Assembly: GCA_030639065.1 (NCBI GenBank)
Contig: DAOWDJ010000006.1
Coordinates: forward strand, 1-35,897
Source of the DNA: an archaeon
GTDB lineage: Archaea > Nanobdellota > Nanobdellia > Pacearchaeales > GW2011-AR1
Direction of reading: 5' to 3'
DNA: 35,897 bases
Shown: positions 33,054-35,897 of the stretch, in pieces
How positions within the stretch are numbered: the first letter of the stretch is position 1
Layout of the letters: every line of letters starts with the position of its first letter
Notes under the pieces: generated by a model
What the model was told of the DNA's origin: nothing
Database searches by the model: none
Seen by the model: the letters and a program-made list of their open reading frames with translations, nothing else
Made by a program: the position numbers and the translations under genes

Positions 33054-33880
33054 AACCAAATCTAACAACACAATCAGAAAACACATGGTGTCCCGGCTGT
33101 CCAAATTTTATGATATTAGAATCCATAAAACAAACTCTAACAAAACTAATTGAATCAGGAGAACAAAAACAAACAGATTTCGCAATCACAACAGACATAG
33201 GATGTCACGCAAAAATATTTGATTACCTAAACCTATCGGGAATTTATTGTCTTCATGGGCGTGCATTGCCAACCGCAATCGGAATGAAACTCGGAAACCC
33301 AAACTTAAAAGTTTTAACATTCGCTGGCGACGGAGCGGTTTATGCAGAAGGAATCTCACACTTCATCCACGCATTCAAATATAACGCAGATATGACACTA
33401 ATCCTCCACGACAACCAATCCTTCTCGCTAACAACCGGACAACCAACACCAACATCTCAGCAAGGATATACATCAAAATCACAATCTCTTGGAGTATTTG
33501 ACAAACCAATGAATCCAATTAAATTAGCTCTCGCATCAAATGCAACCTTTATAGCTAGAACAAATGCAAGAGACATCCCGCACATGGTTGAAATATTTAC
33601 AAAAGCAATTGCACATAAGGGCTTTTCATTTGTAGAAGTAATTCAAGACTGTCTAATCTTTAACCTCGACGCCAATAACAAAGATAAACAAATGTATAAA
33701 ATAAAAGATAATACAAACAAACAAAATGCAGAAAAACTAGCTGATGAATTCGACTACAATTCAAAATCGGGAAAAATCCCACTCGGCATAATCTACCAAT
33801 CAAAAGAACCAACTCTCGAAGAAAAATGGCCACAACTCAAAGAACTTCTTAATAAAAAAACTCTATGGAAAGAAAAATAA
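33050..33880 (+). CDS. 2-oxoacid:ferredoxin oxidoreductase, beta (TPP-binding) subunit
   Basis: WCPGCPNFMI and the TPP motif GDGAVYAEG...HDNQSFSLTTGQ. A 4-nt ATGA overlap links it to the alpha gene. Confidence 0.9.
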   Translation: MKPNLTTQSENTWCPGCPNFMILESIKQTLTKLIESGEQKQTDFAITTDIGCHAKIFDYLNLSGIYCLHGRALPTAIGMKLGNPNLKVLTFAGDGAVYAEGISHFIHAFKYNADMTLILHDNQSFSLTTGQPTPTSQQGYTSKSQSLGVFDKPMNPIKLALASNATFIARTNARDIPHMVEIFTKAIAHKGFSFVEVIQDCLIFNLDANNKDKQMYKIKDNTNKQNAEKLADEFDYNSKSGKIPLGIIYQSKEPTLEEKWPQLKELLNKKTLWKEK

Positions 33881-34719
33881 ATAATAAAAATAACATTCCA
33901 AAAATAGAAGAGCTTCTCAAAAAAGAAAAATGCGTGGCACTTGTCGCACCATCATTTGTAACAGATTTTTCATATCCCTCAATTGTATTGCAACTAAAAA
34001 AACTTGGCTTCGACAAAGTTGTCGAATTAACTTTTGGAGCAAAAATGATCAATAGAGATTACCACAACCTCTTAAAAAAATCCAAAGGACTTATCATTTC
34101 ATCACCATGCCCAGGAATAGTTTCAACAGTAAATAATAGATTCCCAAAATTAAAAAACAAAATTGCAAAAATAGACAGCCCCGTAGTAGCAATGGCTAAA
34201 ATATACAAAAAACATTTCCCACAACACAAAACTATTTTTTTATCACCTTGCGATCTTAAAAAACCAGAGGCAGAATCATGTAAGTATATTGATGGAATAA
34301 TAGATTATACTCAACTAAAAGAACTCTTCTATAAATATAAAATAAAAAAACATAACATCGGAAAAAGGACACAATTCGACAACTTTTACAACGACTACAC
34401 AAAAATATATCCACTATCGGGAGGCTTAGCGAAAACCGCACAAATAAAAAAAATAATTGATGATAAACAAATAAAAATAATTGATGGGATCAACGATGTG
34501 ATAAAATTTCTTGAAAACCCAGATCCAAAAATCAAATTTCTCGACTGCCTATTTTGCACCGGAGGATGTATAGGCGGACCACATACAAATCAAAAACTAA
34601 CTATCAAACAAAAACATAATAAGGTTATACAATACCTCAAAAAAGCAAAAAAAGAAAATATACCCGAAGACAGAAAAGGATTAATAGACAAAGCGAAAGG
34701 TTTGAAATTCAATTCATAA
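33865..34719 (+). CDS. minimal [FeFe]-hydrogenase-like protein (H-cluster domain only, 284 aa)
   Basis: The three H-cluster motifs occur in order: SSPCPG (Cys82), LSPCDLKKPE (Cys129, Lys132, Glu135) and FCTGGCIGGP (Cys231, Cys235). Also SPVVAMAKIYKK and SGGLAKT. It overlaps the beta-subunit gene by 16 nt. Confidence 0.72.
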   Translation: MERKINNKNNIPKIEELLKKEKCVALVAPSFVTDFSYPSIVLQLKKLGFDKVVELTFGAKMINRDYHNLLKKSKGLIISSPCPGIVSTVNNRFPKLKNKIAKIDSPVVAMAKIYKKHFPQHKTIFLSPCDLKKPEAESCKYIDGIIDYTQLKELFYKYKIKKHNIGKRTQFDNFYNDYTKIYPLSGGLAKTAQIKKIIDDKQIKIIDGINDVIKFLENPDPKIKFLDCLFCTGGCIGGPHTNQKLTIKQKHNKVIQYLKKAKKENIPEDRKGLIDKAKGLKFNS

Positions 34720-35514
34720 TCTAAATAACTTAACAGCATTATCAAAAATCTGTTCTACAACTTCCCCTTTGCTTAATCCCTTTATCTTAGCAATCTCTTT
34801 TATCGTAACAGCAACATTCGCTGATTCGTTCCTTTCCCCCACAACCGGAGACAAATAAGGTGCATCAGTTTCTGTTAATAATTGTTCAGGCGGAACCATT
34901 TCAACAAGCATCTTAAAATGTTCAAGTCGAGTAATTACAGGAGGAATAGAAAAACTCCATCCCAATTCAACACATCTTTTAATTAAAGATTTCTTTCCAT
35001 TAAAACAATGCATCAAAACCCTCTTGCATCCAGCCTCCTCCATCATACCAATCGCATCCGACTCTGCCTTCCTAGAATGGATAATCAATGGTTTATCAAT
35101 TTTCTTCGCTAATTCAATCACTTTAAAAAAAACTTTTTTCTGCTCTTCATTATATCCCTCCACAACTTTATAATCCAAACCACATTCTCCAATTGCAACA
35201 CATAAATCTTTGTTCTCTTCAATCCACCTCAACTCATCATCCACATCAAATGTCTCAACATGCCGAAGCATTCCTTCCTCGCCAGAATCCCCAATCTTTT
35301 CCATAATAGCGTCAATGGGATAAATCCCAAACGAAACTTTCACAACATCAGAATATTTTTTAGCAATCTCTAAAGATTTACGATTCGTCGACGGATTGAC
35401 TCCACTAGTAATAATAAACTTCCCACTTGCCTCCTTAAACCTAGAAATTACTTCATCCAAATCTTTCTCAAATCTCTCACTTTCTAAATGTGCATGAACA
35501 TCAATTAACTTCAT
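34714..35514 (-). CDS. tatD: TatD-family metal-dependent hydrolase
   Basis: DVHAHLE, GECGLDY, IHSR, HCF and ETDAPYL. Confidence 0.92.
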   Translation of the reverse strand: MKLIDVHAHLESERFEKDLDEVISRFKEASGKFIITSGVNPSTNRKSLEIAKKYSDVVKVSFGIYPIDAIMEKIGDSGEEGMLRHVETFDVDDELRWIEENKDLCVAIGECGLDYKVVEGYNEEQKKVFFKVIELAKKIDKPLIIHSRKAESDAIGMMEEAGCKRVLMHCFNGKKSLIKRCVELGWSFSIPPVITRLEHFKMLVEMVPPEQLLTETDAPYLSPVVGERNESANVAVTIKEIAKIKGLSKGEVVEQIFDNAVKLFRL

Positions 35515-35897
35515 CGCTTTATTTCCTTTCCATCGACAATCAATGTTGAAGGTCTACCATCCAATTTTCCAACCCCGATAACAATTTCAGCTGTATCTAA
35601 AATTTTAGAATTAATATCGCTAATATTAACAGCAAAAGGTTCTCCAGCAAAATTAACAGAGGTTGTAATAAAAGGAACCCCTGCCTGCTCAACTAATTTA
35701 GTAAATTCACAATCAGGAATTCTTACTCCCAACGAATCATTAAATGAAACTTCACTCAAAAAATCAGTATTTTTCTTTTTCAAAATTAGTGTATATGGTC
35801 CAGGTAAATATTTATCTATCAATTCATCATCAACTATACAATGCTCTTTAATCCATTCTCTAGAAGGTGCAATTACACTCATAGGTTTATCAACATC
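35511..35897 (-). CDS. Sua5/YrdC/YwlC-family threonylcarbamoyl-AMP synthase, N-terminus beyond the window edge
   Basis: LPGPYTLILKK, GVRIPD, PFITTSVNFAGEP and STLIV. The frame stays open to the last base (..DVDKPMSVI), and the expected N-terminal part of the domain is missing. Confidence 0.85.
   Translation of the reverse strand, partial: DVDKPMSVIAPSREWIKEHCIVDDELIDKYLPGPYTLILKKKNTDFLSEVSFNDSLGVRIPDCEFTKLVEQAGVPFITTSVNFAGEPFAVNISDINSKILDTAEIVIGVGKLDGRPSTLIVDGKEIKR

Overview
This is a visibly AT-rich, tightly packed archaeal window. The archaeal markers are class-III-signal pilins, RtcB, an archaeal-type SRP RNA, and TATA boxes about 25 nt upstream of many ATGs, which implies leaderless mRNAs. 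Gene content and tiny spacers suggest a small-genome DPANN-type archaeon (inference). Left end: a lipoprotein, a small helical protein and an ACP-like carrier protein, then PEP synthase and a GTPase / small protein / Zn-ribbon triad. Centre (7.1-26.5 kb, almost all on the minus strand): a type IV filament gene set with a FlaI/PilB-like ATPase, two single-domain T2SSF platform proteins and six pilin-like genes of two N-terminal classes. It is interleaved with four large secreted PKD/Cys-rich surface proteins, a HerA/DUF87 ATPase, RtcB, a Trm5/Taw2-like methyltransferase and a GC-rich ncRNA (possibly a miniature RNase P RNA). Next come SRP RNA and tRNA-Ser(GCU), diverging from one TATA box. Right end: a compact fermentation module of ADP-forming acetyl-CoA synthetase alpha and beta, a two-subunit 2-oxoacid:ferredoxin oxidoreductase, and an overlapping 284-aa minimal [FeFe]-hydrogenase-like gene. 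TatD and a truncated Sua5/YrdC gene follow. Non-coding highlights: (1) an 85/86-bp promoter-leader repeat family present as tandem pairs at two loci 14.9 kb apart; (2) a 61-bp tandem duplication of a translation start region; (3) two paralogous GC-rich elements bounded by inverted terminator motifs; (4) an ~85-nt RNA of three cUUCGg hairpins with its own promoter and terminator; (5) covarying ATGAAAC-N9-GTTACTT hairpins; (6) a twice-repeated 19-bp palindrome in front of a pilin gene. No CRISPR, rRNA, transposase or integrase was seen. All protein family calls come from motif recognition by eye, not from searches.
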